A stretch of 63,989 nucleotides of DNA, the filler included, from Basidioascus undulatus (lineage: Eukaryota): NCBI GenBank assembly GCA_000826855.1. It is 5 parts of 5 records of this genome, joined end to end, with 100 filler letters (N's around TTAATTAATTAA, not from the genome) between each part and the next. Parts side by side here need not be neighbours in the genome. Positions count along the whole stretch, not along the records: positions 1 to 8,692 come from JTLS01001348.1; positions 8,793 to 17,481 come from JTLS01001349.1; 3 more parts are not named here. One strand, 5' to 3'. Below the pieces are notes generated by a model. The model searched no databases. It was not told the DNA's origin and was given only the letters and a program-made list of their open reading frames with translations. The translations under genes and the position numbers were made by a program. This document shows, one piece after another, positions 1 to 11,700 of this stretch (position 1 is the stretch's first letter; each line of letters begins with the position of its first letter).

Positions 1-960
1 TACTGATGAAGGGTCAATGAGAAACGCAGCGTTCGACTGCTGGGTAAAATCGATCCCGCGCTCCTTCCACATCTTGAAGTCCCATTCCCCACAGCTTGTT
101 GAAAGCCGGTCCAGTGCCAATGGACGCGTCCTTGATGGCCGCGAGGTTGGGCTCGACGCTGAGAAAAATGACGTTCGGGCGAAGGAGGCGGATACAGTTG
201 CGGATAAGAGAAGCCCAGTCCCGGATCTTCTCGTACGGTTATGGAAGAGTCAGGCTTGCAAGGGAAGAGAGGCTGTAAGCAAGTTTTGCGACTCAACCCA
301 GAAGAAGAAAACGGGCAGGAAGGTAGCGATCCAAGTCCTTGGTCACGTCGCACAGCTCGAAGCTGACGTTTGCAGGTTTGTCCCTGTGAGAATGAACTGA
401 CTTCAGCACCCGCTTAAAGGTGTGATGTTTAGTGCCTGTCTCGTAATGCGCACTCCCGCTTGACTTCGACAAAGTCGATGCCGGTGACTTCGGTGCCGGG
501 GGACTGCTGAGCCATCTCGACGGCCCTTTCAAGTAGTGTGAACTGTCTCCCAGGAATTCTCTGAGCCTGGATATAACAGCTATGGACGCACATCTTCAAC
601 TGCATCCGACTTACCAGCCGGCCTTACCTGAGGCACCCCGGACTGGAGATGCCTAGGAAGAAGTTCATGAGGCAGAAACACTCCGTCGGGGGTGTTATGG
701 GTACATAGGTATGTGAGCATTGCGAAGCTAGAGACTAGCAAACACGTAGCGACACCACAAGGTCTGCCCTAGAGAATCACCGGCCCAGCTACAGCTGTGC
801 ACAACAATCTTCGCATCCGTTCTTACTCATGAGCCAAGAAGTCGGCAAAAGTATCAGAAACTTGAGTGTCGTCTGGAAGTGGGGGGACTGAGCCCGATCG
901 AAGAGCGGATGCCGTGTCACGGTCGTCCGGGCCCGCAGACCCGCCCGGGCAAAGCCAGCT
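1..960 (-). pseudogene. LaeA/TAM-like SAM-dependent methyltransferase, probably decayed (3' end outside window)
   Basis: Minus-strand fragments AVEMAQQSPGTEVTGIDFVEV, KPANVSFELCDVTKDL..ARFLLLG and IRDWASLIRNCIRLLRP..FLSVEP match fungal Methyltransf_23-type proteins. The motif before ARFLLLG is shortened and there is an apparent frameshift in a G-run near 85-92. The start is approximate. Confidence 0.6.
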
Positions 961-1279
961 CCGCCAACGCGGCGATCGTGCAATGTAATCGAGTTCAAAA
1001 GCAATAGCAACGTGAAGCTTCCAGCGATATATATGGGCGAGATCAATGTGCGGATGGCGCATGGTCAGTGTCGGGCCGGGACGATCGGATGATGAAGGGG
1101 TCGAAGATCAACTCGCGTTCCCGCGCGGACGAGTCTTGTTGACCGTCCGTCAACCATCACCGGTCGGCCCAAGTCGCCCAGTACACCTTTCTTGCTGCCC
1201 ATCGACTCACAGTATTCGCTTCGAATGATTATAACTCGATAATTTCTCTAGTTTACACTCGCTCTCCTTTCCCGCTTTC

Positions 1280-2334
1280 ATGGCGACCTCGTCTCCCTCG
1301 GGGCCGCGCCTGCCCCCCGAGCTTCTGGCTCACCTCGTCGAACTGGTCGCGGACGAGCTTGAACACTCGGTCGCGCACGGGGAATCAATCCTTGATGTCT
1401 CACGTATTCTTTCCAAGCTCTCGCGTACAAGCCGTTCGCTGCACTATCTCGCGGAGCCGCCGTTGTGGACATGGGTCGTGGTTCGGAGCGCGAGGGGCGT
1501 GGAGGTCCTCCGGGACTCGGGGAAGGCTGGAAAGATCAGGTGTGCAGCTGAGAACAATCTTCTAAGCTGTCTTGAATGGCGAGCCAATGATATTGAACTG
1601 GATTGGGCAGGCACCTCCGCGTCCGCGCCAGCGCGAGCGAGCGACCCACTATCCTCACCGCGCTGGGCACCCTTTTCCCGCACGCCCCGGACCTCCGCTC
1701 CCTGCACTGGCACCGAACCTCCCCCTCGCCCTCCGCACCGCCGCTCGACGCCGCCGCGCTCTCTCTGCGCACAGCGATGGCAGCGCACTGCCGCGCGCTG
1801 GTGACGCTGAGCGTGCGCGTCGATGAGGCGCACGACCAGGCCGAGAAGGGCATCCTCCTCTGGGGCGCGATGGGGTGCCCGAGGCTCGAGGAGCTCCACC
1901 TTTTGGGGTATGGCCTCAACTCGGCCGTCAGCGTCGGGATCGTCTTGAGCAGGCTCAAGGGCCTCAAGAGGTTCGTGCTCGAGCCCGCAAGCTGGCCGAC
2001 TTCGCGTCCAACTGTGGTGCGTTCTCTCACATCCGTCGCAATAGAATCTCACTTAAAGCTGACGGAACCTTCCGAAATCCTTGACCCGCAGCGCGAATGG
2101 GCCGAACTCTTTGCGCGCGACGCCCCGCAGATCGAGTCGCTCGTCCTCCCCTCCGAGCTGGACGTGCTCGATGAAGCCCGGCTGCACGTGGGCGCATTGA
2201 GGCTCTTTGAGGAGCTTCATAAGCTGGGGTCGTTGCGCTTGGAGGTCGGGACCACCGCTGCGCGTCGGACGGTTGACTTCGAGGCCGTGCGCGATGTGGA
2301 GGGGTTGGTGATGAATTGTAGGGTCGTTGGATGA
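1280..2334 (+). CDS. F-box-like/LRR-like hypothetical protein
   Basis: N-terminal RLPPELLAHLVELV..LSRTSRSLHYLAEPPLW; intron 1540-1610 joins ORFs 1280 and 1603 in frame; LxxLxL repeats. Confidence 0.65.
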
Positions 2335-4599
2335 TACATGGCTTCTTCTGCTTACTTTCTAGGCTACCTTTGTATAAATCTGTGATGCTTCTATTTCATC
2401 TCTCCTGACACTTGTGCGTTTTCTGCTCCTCGACCGAGTCCGGCGGCATGTTGGTCCCGACTTTCGCAGCCTTGCTATCCAGATGGTCACCTCAATGCAA
2501 ACCTCCCAAATTCGAACTTACAATGTAATATAGTTATTTTTTGTCCCAGTAAAGCTGCCAAAATTGAGCCTTTCGGGGACGTAATCCTGGTGTCGGACGG
2601 TCGGTTGCGTGACGTTCGTAGGACTCCTGCTCACTCAAGCAAGCATTCACCTTTCACATTCCGTAGGTATGACATTTGAAATTACCGTCCAAAACAGTAA
2701 AAAGAAGGTTTACATGTGATGGGAGTATCTCCAATCGTATGTGCTCTTCGTCTTCGGGCTCACGCGTCACTGCCTTGGGCGAACTATGCCAGACCTCTGT
2801 ATCATGAGCTGTACGTCTCTTCTGGCAGAATATTAGCTCACCTGGATCCCGCCATCATATAATAATGTTTGACCTCTCTGGAAGTCATTTTCAGGATTTG
2901 CGAGGCTGAGGCAGTTGCGTGAGCGCAAGAGGCTCCACTTCGGACACTGTGGAAGACATTGCTCTCGACTCACAATGAGACGACCTTCCCGATGTCCTAC
3001 GGCTGACAGATACTGCCCAGGGTGGTGCTCCCGATGGAGTGAGGATTGTTAGCGATTCTTCTCGCCGACAGAAAAAAGCTGTTCGGCACTCACAGCTCTT
3101 GCACATAGTACCGCTTCGTCTCACCTTTCGGTAGGCCGTTGAGCTCACCGAGCTTCTCGTCAATCAGGTTCCACCTGTGGTGTGTCAAGGAATCAGCCCT
3201 CACGCCAAAATAATACTTCGGTAACGGACATGGGAGTGTCGACGATGCCGGGTTCCTAGCGACCAGCAGCGACAAGTGTCAATCAAAATCTCTGAACGTT
3301 CCAGCTAATGCATTTACTTGGATGCTGCATCTGCCCCACTCGAGTGCAGCCGCTTGCGTGAGCTGCCGGCAGAGTGTCAGTGAACAGCTAGTCCGTGCGC
3401 TCTTGCACCACGATGCGCACGTACTCGGCTGACACCCTTTGCTTCGACAGGACTGCGCCGCCTCAATGTCTGGATTGCGTACATGTTTATGCCCATCACC
3501 GCAATTGTGAGCAACATTCTGAGTGCGATTCGCAACCAAGTAGCGCTGTCGCTGACGCTTTCTTACAAATCCAGGGTTACGATGGCTCGCTTCTGAACTG
3601 TCTGCAGACCATGGAACAGGTAGGTTGAGGTGCACAACACGTGGACATGAAGCTGAGGCCGCCTGAGTCGTAGTGGAACCACTAATTCGACCACCCGAGC
3701 GGAAATGGGCTAGGTTTACTTTCAGCTGCACAATCCTTCCCCGCTCTGGTATTCCCATTCGTCGCTTCATGGGTGAGCTGCAGGCATTGCTTGTGTCGGT
3801 TTGGGCGCCTCGTGGCTCTGCGCTAGGAGACTGACTGCGATTTCACGCTCAGGTCGGTGATCGCTTCGGCCGCAAGCAGCCCATCCTGGTCGGCTCGGTT
3901 TGTGTCGTAGCGGGAGACATTGTGCAAGCCACAGCCAACGCAGGATAAATCGTCGGGTCGCGTGTGCTGGCCGGGTCAGAGCTCCCGCTCCATGAAGTGC
4001 CGCAGTTGCGGAAGCCGCAACCGCGGCGTCCTTGGTAACCACAACCTAAACATCTGGAAGAGATGTTTCATTTTTCAGGCTGGGAGGGCACGGCGCAGGT
4101 CTTCAACACGTCTTGAGCTGATGGAACAGCCTGACCTGATCTTCCAGAGACAGTTTACTGGGAGCGCAGGATCATCGATCATCCACAGTCCTGCGCAGCT
4201 CAAGTTCCTGACCGGACAAGCTAATAACCACATGGCACTAATTTCGCCGGTGCTGCTCAGAGAGCAGGTGTTTACCGCTGATGATGTGCTCCTGTCTTTC
4301 ACGTCGATCGCCAGGTTTTCCAAAGCACAGCGTGAAGATAAATGTCGACACACTTTCCAGCTGAGCCCAGGAGGGCCCAGGAGCTGGGAAACCACCGGCG
4401 GTCTGCGGTGTGGCTCAATCAATTGGCCGGTTGTCGGTTGACTACTGTCCTGTTGCACTATGGCTTGGTGTAGCTCCACCCCTCGGCCCACCGAAATGCT
4501 GCGCGCAGCGCGCCTACAGTACATCTACACCGGCTTGCTCCGGCGTCTTCATCCGACGTACACCAGGTACAGGTACACTTTCACTACTCGATATCTATT

Positions 4600-5738
4600 C
4601 TTCAGACCCGCGATGATGGGCTGCAGCCCCTCGCCCCCAACCCTTCGTCTCCCGGCATTGGCCGCGTTCACGACGATGGTCTCCTCGCCCGTGTCCTCCT
4701 AGCACTTGACGGTCACGCCGCGCGCTTCGTGGATGTGGCCAACTCTGAGCAGTCGCTCCACTTTTCAGGACTATAGCATGTTTGGAGAGCAGAAGGAGTT
4801 CAAGGAACATATACGCGTAGACGAGGACGAGTCACCGCGATGCGGTCGAGGAGCGCTTGACATCCGGCGGCCGGATTGCGTGAGGTCCTGGATCTCGAGG
4901 GGAGGCCCGTGGGTCACACTTGGAAATTTCAGTATAAACCCAATGGGAAGGAGCAGGAAGAAAGAGAGGCGCACAAGACATCGACCTTGGGTACCCTGGC
5001 GCAGATGGAAATGCGACAGGAAGTCAGCTATGCGGTGAGGCGTGATGAATGGACAGGTGAGACCAACCTTCGGCGTCCGCTCTTTCCTGTAGTTCCACGC
5101 CATACCGCAGAACATGGGCCGCCACTGGGAGCATACGTGTCATCAGCAGCGAGCGAGAGGCCCAGAGCGACTGTCGGCGCACATACCAGTGATCCGTAGA
5201 ATATCCATCGCTTCCCTCCGGTGAGGTCCGTGACCTCCTACCTCTCCTCTTCGACATAACAGATCCCGCTCTTCTGAGCCTCCGCGCCCCGCACGGCCTG
5301 CCAAGCTTTGGCGGCCTCCTGCAGATCCTCTTCCACATTGAGCTGTCTGATCGGAAGAAGGCCGTGTATCAAGGGAAGCATCGCGCATGATCACATCGTC
5401 CGAAATCCGTATCATCCTATCATTCTTCCGCGCCTGCACGCTCCAGTCCTGAACCAAGCAGCAGTCGTGGTTGCCGGCGATGAGGATTTCCACGGATGCG
5501 GCATCCTCCCGATCCACTTTGCCAGCCTCCCCACCGCGGGGAATCGACCATCCTGGGTGATATCGCCCCCGTGCATGAGGAAGTCTCCGGGCGGGACCTC
5601 GAAGTTCAAGCTGTCGTGCGTGTCCGAGATGAGGACGAAGCGAGTCCAGGCGCCTGCGGGGCGAGGCGGTGGCGAAGTGGGCGGGTAGGACGTGTAAACT
5701 CGATACGCGTCAGTTGAGAGTGCTTGCGAGTCGCACAT
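4600..5738 (-). pseudogene. Calcineurin-like metallophosphoesterase (MPPED/239FB-like) pseudogene
   Basis: Motifs RFVLISDTH, MHGGDIT, ILIAGNHD, THGPP, GHIHEARG, VVNAA. Frameshifts near 5488 (PHPWK/ILIAGNHD) and near 4865; in-frame TAG at 4699-4701. Confidence 0.85.
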
Positions 5739-6372
5739 GGTTGTTCACATTGTGAAGTTGATGATTAGGGTGGAAATAGTTGCTGCGGGTGGCGAAGAGG
5801 TTGAAAGGCGCTCCCAAGAACACAGCAACGTCCGGCGCGAGTATTTTGTTTCGCCTGCCGGAGACGGTGACAAACATGGCTGCTGCAGATAGCCGCGAGT
5901 GCAAGCTATTCGGTAAAAAAAAATTGTCAAGCAGGTTCCATTTGTAGCTGTTGTTCAGCATACTTTTGCGAAAAGGCAAGGGCCGGGACTGAGATCAGCA
6001 TTCGGCACCGGGCAGTCTCTTCCTCGCAAAATTTTGCCCTATCCCATGCATGTGCCGAGGAGGACAGATCTGTCACAAGGGTGGGACAGATGCAGTCGCC
6101 GGCCGACTTGCCGACAGGGCTGATATGTGTGTACGTGTGTGGGGGGTGTATCCATCTCCCGATCGGCAGGTCGAGGTCCCCTAAAAGACTTTCATACCAA
6201 AACTATACATCTTATACCATGAACTGCCCCGAACAGCTTTCAAGTGGGAAACTTGCACGATCTGCAGTATGCCTCGCAGCAAGAAACAGTCTAGTCCACA
6301 CAAACGTTCACTAAGTGCTCATGTCGAAGGCCAGATGCCGTGCTCTCCTCCCCATTATAAGATTAAGCATCT

Positions 6373-6985
6373 TCAATCCTCCCTCCCACACATCAAGCTC
6401 CCCTTCTCGCCCCTCCTCTCCGGCATCGGCGTCTCCTTCTCCTCCACGCCGTCCAACCACGCACGCCTCTCCTCCCTCGCCCACGGCGTACTAACCCTCC
6501 GCTTAACCGGGCTCAGCTCGCTCTTCCCCTTCTTCCCCTCCCCCGCCCCCTTTCCTTCGAAAGGGCTCGGCGGCAGCATGATGTGAAAGTTCGGGCGCTT
6601 GCGCGCGCTCGTTGGCGTCGGGGGGGTCGCGGACGAGGTGGGTGAGGGACCGCCGGGGGGCGAGTGCACGGCGGACTTGAATGAGGACCGCTGGGGCGTG
6701 GAGGATGGGGGAGGGGGCGAGGAGAGCTGGGCGCGCCGGTCGGCGGAAGGGGGGATGGTGATCACGAGGGGGACGAGGGGTTGGGGAGACATCATGTTCT
6801 TGCCGGCGTCGTCGCGGCGCTGCGGCATCAACGGCGGGGGTGGGTGGGGTGGTGGTTGTGGTTGTGGTTCCGGTGAAAGGCGAAAGGACAACGTCTCCTT
6901 TCTGTAAGAGACAGAAAACAAGTTCATCCGGCACATGTGCCAGGGTACGGTCACGCAGTGAGATAGCAGCGAAGCGAGGCGTCAT
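6373..6985 (-). CDS. Pro/Ser-rich hypothetical protein
   Basis: Long low-complexity ORF with a plausible short first exon and intron; no recognised domain. Confidence 0.4.
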
Positions 6986-7936
6986 CGCGGGAGGCCCCGG
7001 CTGGGATTAGCGAGGACGGGGAGGACTGAGCAACAGCAAGCTACAACAAGGAAGGCTGGTCGGGAAGTGGCTGCTGCATAAGAGCATTTCCACTGAGAGG
7101 CTGGAGATAGTGGACGGTTTGGGCGCTCGGTGGAACAGGACGTGCGGAAGAGGCTGGGGGTTGGATGGCGAGCAATTCACCCGAAAGACACAACATCGCA
7201 CACCCAGCCCACGCGTTCTTGATAGCAACGAAATAAACAGAAGTGTAAGGAAAGAAGAAGAGAGACATCAAGATGTCCTGCACGTGTATTGCGTACTGCC
7301 CCATCTTCATCTCGCGGATCTACACTAGTACATCAACTGCTGAAGCCACGGCATCAGCGACATGCCTAGATACCACAGGAAGTAGCAAACGGAGAGCCCG
7401 TCCCAGGCGTGAAAGCGCTCAACCAATCGACGCTCGCATGTCCCTCGCGCTCTAAGCGAGCTTCCTCTGGGTACCTAACGTGGTAGGCACGACAGGTGCT
7501 CGCTGACAACATGAGGGGGGGTAGAAGACTCTCTAGCCGACATAGTAAGGCTGCTTGCGCGTGGGGGGGCACGATTGGGGCACGCAAGAGCCAAAGTGAA
7601 TCGGCGGGCGTAGGCAAGATCCAGGCCTCAGGGCAGATCCAGAAGGAAAGAACGCGTGGTCGAAGTCGTTCGGCCGTGGCGTTATACGTATCTCGGTTCA
7701 CTTGAGCGACGAGACGGTTTGATCGATCGAGAAAGAAGAGGGCAAGGGAAAGCGGACGCCGCACACGACGCGCGGATTCTCGAGAAGGCTCGCCTCTGCA
7801 TCCAACACTCCCTCGCGGGGCCTAGAGGTACACGGGAACGTGCAAGCAGCGGACGTGCATGGGCGGTACGGAGAACATGAGGATGCAAGGTCAGGTCAGA
7901 TCGGGGAAGAGGCGGCGGACTTCGGGCGTGTCGCGC

Positions 7937-8580
7937 TTAGATCGTGGACGGGTAGAGCATCTGCGGGGGGACGGTAGGGGGGTGTCAGACGTGTCGTTCG
8001 GAGCCGGGAGAAGATCGAGAGAAGGAGAGCGGGGGAAGCGAAGGAAGTGGGCGGGAGAAGGAAGTGGGGATGATGGAGATTGTGGGAGACGGGGAGAGGG
8101 AGAGGAAGACGCACGATCCGAACGGACGCGCCGAAGACGTGCGGGGGCAGGTTGTGACGGAACTTGGCGCGGACGACGCCGTTGTTACCGTGGACGCGGG
8201 TAGCACGGCTGTTCATGCATCCACCATCGCAATCCGTCAGCAATCCCATTCCAGCTCCCAATCGCCCGCGCCTCCGCGTGTTCCTCCCAGCATCCCGTCT
8301 TCGCTGCGACTCACCCCCAGATGACGCGGATCTTGGACCCGCGGACCTCAGTCTTGGCCCGGTAGACGTAGGCAATGCGCTGTCCGCCCCCAACCCACCG
8401 AATCAGCGCCCAGCTCCTGCGAGGGGGGGAGACGGGGAGAGACGGGGAGGGTGTACCTTGCCGAGGTAGAACTGTGCGTCCTCCTTGTTGGCAACGCCCT
8501 CGACCTGGACGAGCGAGGTGTGCGGGCGGGTGTTGCGCTTGCCACGCTGGTGCGACAGGACGCGGCCCTTGGCGTAGAGA
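7937..8580 (-). CDS. RPL33: 60S ribosomal protein L33/L35Ae (eL33); first exon lost in gap
   Basis: Exons 8457-8580 ([41 protein letters not shown]), 8315-8379 ([22 protein letters not shown]), 8115-8208 ([31 protein letters not shown]), 7937-7960 (MLYPSTI*); GT-AG introns. Confidence 0.97.
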
Positions 8581-8692
8581 CTGTGTCGTCGTGTGCGCGC
8601 AGGAGGGGGAGGGAGAAGGCAAAGGAGGTACAGAGAGGAGGGACGGGAAGAGGGAGGTGGATGGAAGGGCAGGCAAAGGAGGTACAGAGAGG

Positions 8693-8792
8693 NNNNNNNN
8701 NNNNNNNNNNNNNNNNNNNNNNNNNNNNNNNNNNNNTTAATTAATTAANNNNNNNNNNNNNNNNNNNNNNNNNNNNNNNNNNNNNNNNNNNN
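8693..8792. other. Assembly gap spacer (N..TTAATTAATTAA..N)
   Basis: 100-nt linker with stops in all six frames, identical at four places. Confidence 0.98.
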
Positions 8793-11700
8793 GCCCTCTT
8801 CCCCGCCCTCGACACCCTCGACCCCTCCCTCAGCCCCGCAGCACAGCATGCCCTCCTCCGCGAGCGTCTCCCAGAGCCGCAGAGGGCGCTATTTGATATA
8901 AACCTCGCGCTGGGGGCGAGTGCGCCCGCTGTGCAGGCTGCGTGGGAGGTGTATCGCCAGGAGGGGTGGGATGTGAGGGACGGGTGCGAGAGCTGGGCCG
9001 AGTGGGACGGGAAACGGCTGTGCTCGGTGGAAGAGCTGGAGGAGGCGGAGAAGGGGGGGTGGAAGCGTGAAATGTGCGTTGCCACTCTCACTCTGTATCC
9101 CCGTACATACTCACAAGTGCACTCAACAGCTCCCTCACCCCCCATCGTCTCTTGCCCATCGACTACTCTTCCACCCCCTCGCCCTCCGCCGACCTCCCCA
9201 CCCTCATCCACCACGCCTCCCCTACCTCCCCATCATTCGGCCCTCTTCACTCGTGGATCTCCTCCCGCTCTCCCTCCACCCTGCACTACGTCCTTCGCTG
9301 GGCCCCTTCTTCCCCGAGCCAAGGAGGCAACGCGAAGCAGCAGCTCGCGGGCTGGGGCGCCGAGCTCGACCTCAAGAAGCGCGACTACATCGTCGTGGAT
9401 GACCGGGCGCTGAGAGATGAGGGGGCGCGGTTTGAGGAGGCAGGCGAGAAGGTAGTCCAGGAGGACTCCCCCTCAGACGCCGACCTCCCCGCGTTCCTTC
9501 ACCTTGGCCCTTCCCCCTCGCTCGACACGCTCGATCCCACGCTCATCCCCAGTGCGTCCTCCCTCCCCTCCGCCTCCACCTACATCTCACCTCCTCCCCT
9601 CCCACAGCCCTCGGACCCCGCCTCATCACGCTCCTCACCAACTCCTCTCTCACTCCGCACCCGCTGCGCACCCTCCGCGCCCTCACGCAGGACCTCCCCC
9701 TATACGCCGGGCGGCTTCTCTCCCCCTCCGCGCCCTCGCCCTCCCCCGAAGTGGAGCACGACCTCGCACTCAACTTCGAGGAGTACCTCCGGCCGGGGCA
9801 GAGCGCCGTGTGGCTGAACGGGGCGCGCGTGCCCGAGTCCGATTTCACTGCGTTCGGGTGCGCCTCCTCCCCTCTCCCATCCCCTCCTCCCATCTCTCAT
9901 CCCCCCCATCTTCCAGCCTCCTCCGCCTTCTCCCCCCTGAGCTGGAGCTCCTCGCCGCGCTGCAGGACCTGCGCCTCACTCGCGCGCAGGCGCGCAAGCT
10001 CCTCACCCATCCCGCCCTCGCCGCGGCCGCTTCCGCCTCCGCGTCCAGCTCGGGCGACGCGCAGGGCATCTTCGACGCGAGTGACCGGCCCGAGGGCGCG
10101 CGCGTCATCCGTTGGCTTAATGACCTCGAGAGGGACAGGCAGTACAGCGGGAGGGGCTGGCAGCGCTCTTTGCAGGCCGTGCGTACTTTCTCTTTCTCCT
10201 TCTCTTTCCCTTTTCCTTTCACTATTTTCCTGTTTTGTTACTAGAAGCTGATAATTCACGCGCACAGCTCCTTCGCCCCTCCTTCCCGCCTATGAGCGGC
10301 CCGCCCCGCGTCGCGCGCAACACAATCAACGTCGTGCTCGTCCTGGACCTCGCGCGCGCCGACAGCGCCGCGCTCCTCAGTGGGACCGTCCGAGCGCTCG
10401 TCCAGCGTGGGATTGGAGTAAGGTGGGGGGTCGCGCCGTTCGTTGGGGAGCAGGAGGGCGAGAATAGCCATGGTATGTGTGGGTTCCGCGCGTGGTCGTT
10501 CGAGAATGGGAACTCACAAGCTTTGTTTGTCGGGCGCGGAACAGGCGCGCAAGCGGCTAAGGTGTTCTACCACCTAATGGACAACTACGGAAGGGACGTT
10601 GCTTTTGAGTTTTTCTCTGAGGTGCGTCTTTCTGTCTCGAATCAACCCTTTTTTGAATCCGCAGCGCAAGCTCACTTCCTCCCTTCGCGAACCACAGCTG
10701 GCACGCCACCGTGCGCCCTTCCAGCACGCCGCGCGCACCGCCTTCACGCAGCTGCTATCGAACATCAACATGGACGAGAAACAGCCGCCCCCCTCGACAT
10801 GGGAGGAGGTCGTGTCTTCTCCTGGCGCAGACGAGCTGCTGGAGAAGGACCGGGCGTACGCAGGCCGGCTTGGCGTCGGCGTCGATGCTGAGGGCGCGGG
10901 GAAGGACAAAGACGGGTTCGTGGGCGAGGCGTTCGTGAATGGACGGGCGGTAAAGGTGGATGAGGTGCGTCTGCGTGGGCACGGAGGCGAGAGAGGGAGA
11001 CGCGGGGCTAATGAGCTTGTTTGGACGGGGATTAGGAGTTCCTCCCTGCGCTGCAAGAGCTTTTGAACTCGCAGATGCAGCTGATCACGCAACTCGTGAG
11101 CCCTGTTCCCGATGCGTCTCCCCATCGTCTTTGGTCGACTAACGCCTTAAGTTTGCTCGCTGCAGGTCTACCAAGAAGTCCTGCACGACGACATGGACGT
11201 CTCGACGTACTTCTACGATCTCCCGACGACCTCCGCGCGGCGCAACCCGCACCTTGAGCGCCGCCCGCTGCGGATCGTCAGCGTCCCCGAGGCGTTTGGC
11301 GAGCGCGAGCTCGTGGGGAGGACGTTTGTGTGGCCGGGTGAGTCGGGTTGGAGAAAAGTAAGGCGGGTTCGAAGGAGTGAACTAATGGAAATGGGGGAAT
11401 GGGTGATAGAAGGCGAGGAGAAGGTCGATACGACACTGTGGGTCGTCGCGGACTTCGACTCGGCCGAGGGCATCGAGCTCGTCACTGAGGCTGCAAAGGC
11501 AATGGTACGATGAGTTTCCCCTTACACCGTTCGCGACATGCTCCTGCCCTCGGCCCTTACCTTTCCCTCCCCTCGGCGGCAGCTTGCGCAACCCAACTTC
11601 CGGCTCTCCTTCATCTCCAACCCCTCCCCCCCTACCTCTCCGCACCCGCCCCACAAGCTCTCGCGCGTGCTTTCGTCCATCCCGCGCCGGCCGGCCGCCA

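Noticed and set aside
2890..4520. Fragmentary ORFs, possibly decayed genes
   Set aside because: No recognisable motifs and many stops; no call can be supported.
5480..5495. Programmed frameshift in the metallophosphoesterase
   Set aside because: A further frameshift and a stop in the same gene indicate ordinary decay.
8737..8748. TTAATTAATTAA palindrome repeated four times
   Set aside because: Always centred in N runs; an artificial six-frame stop linker.
7937..9000. Apparent divergent RPL33/UGGT pair
   Set aside because: The genes are on different contigs separated by a spacer; adjacency is unsupported.
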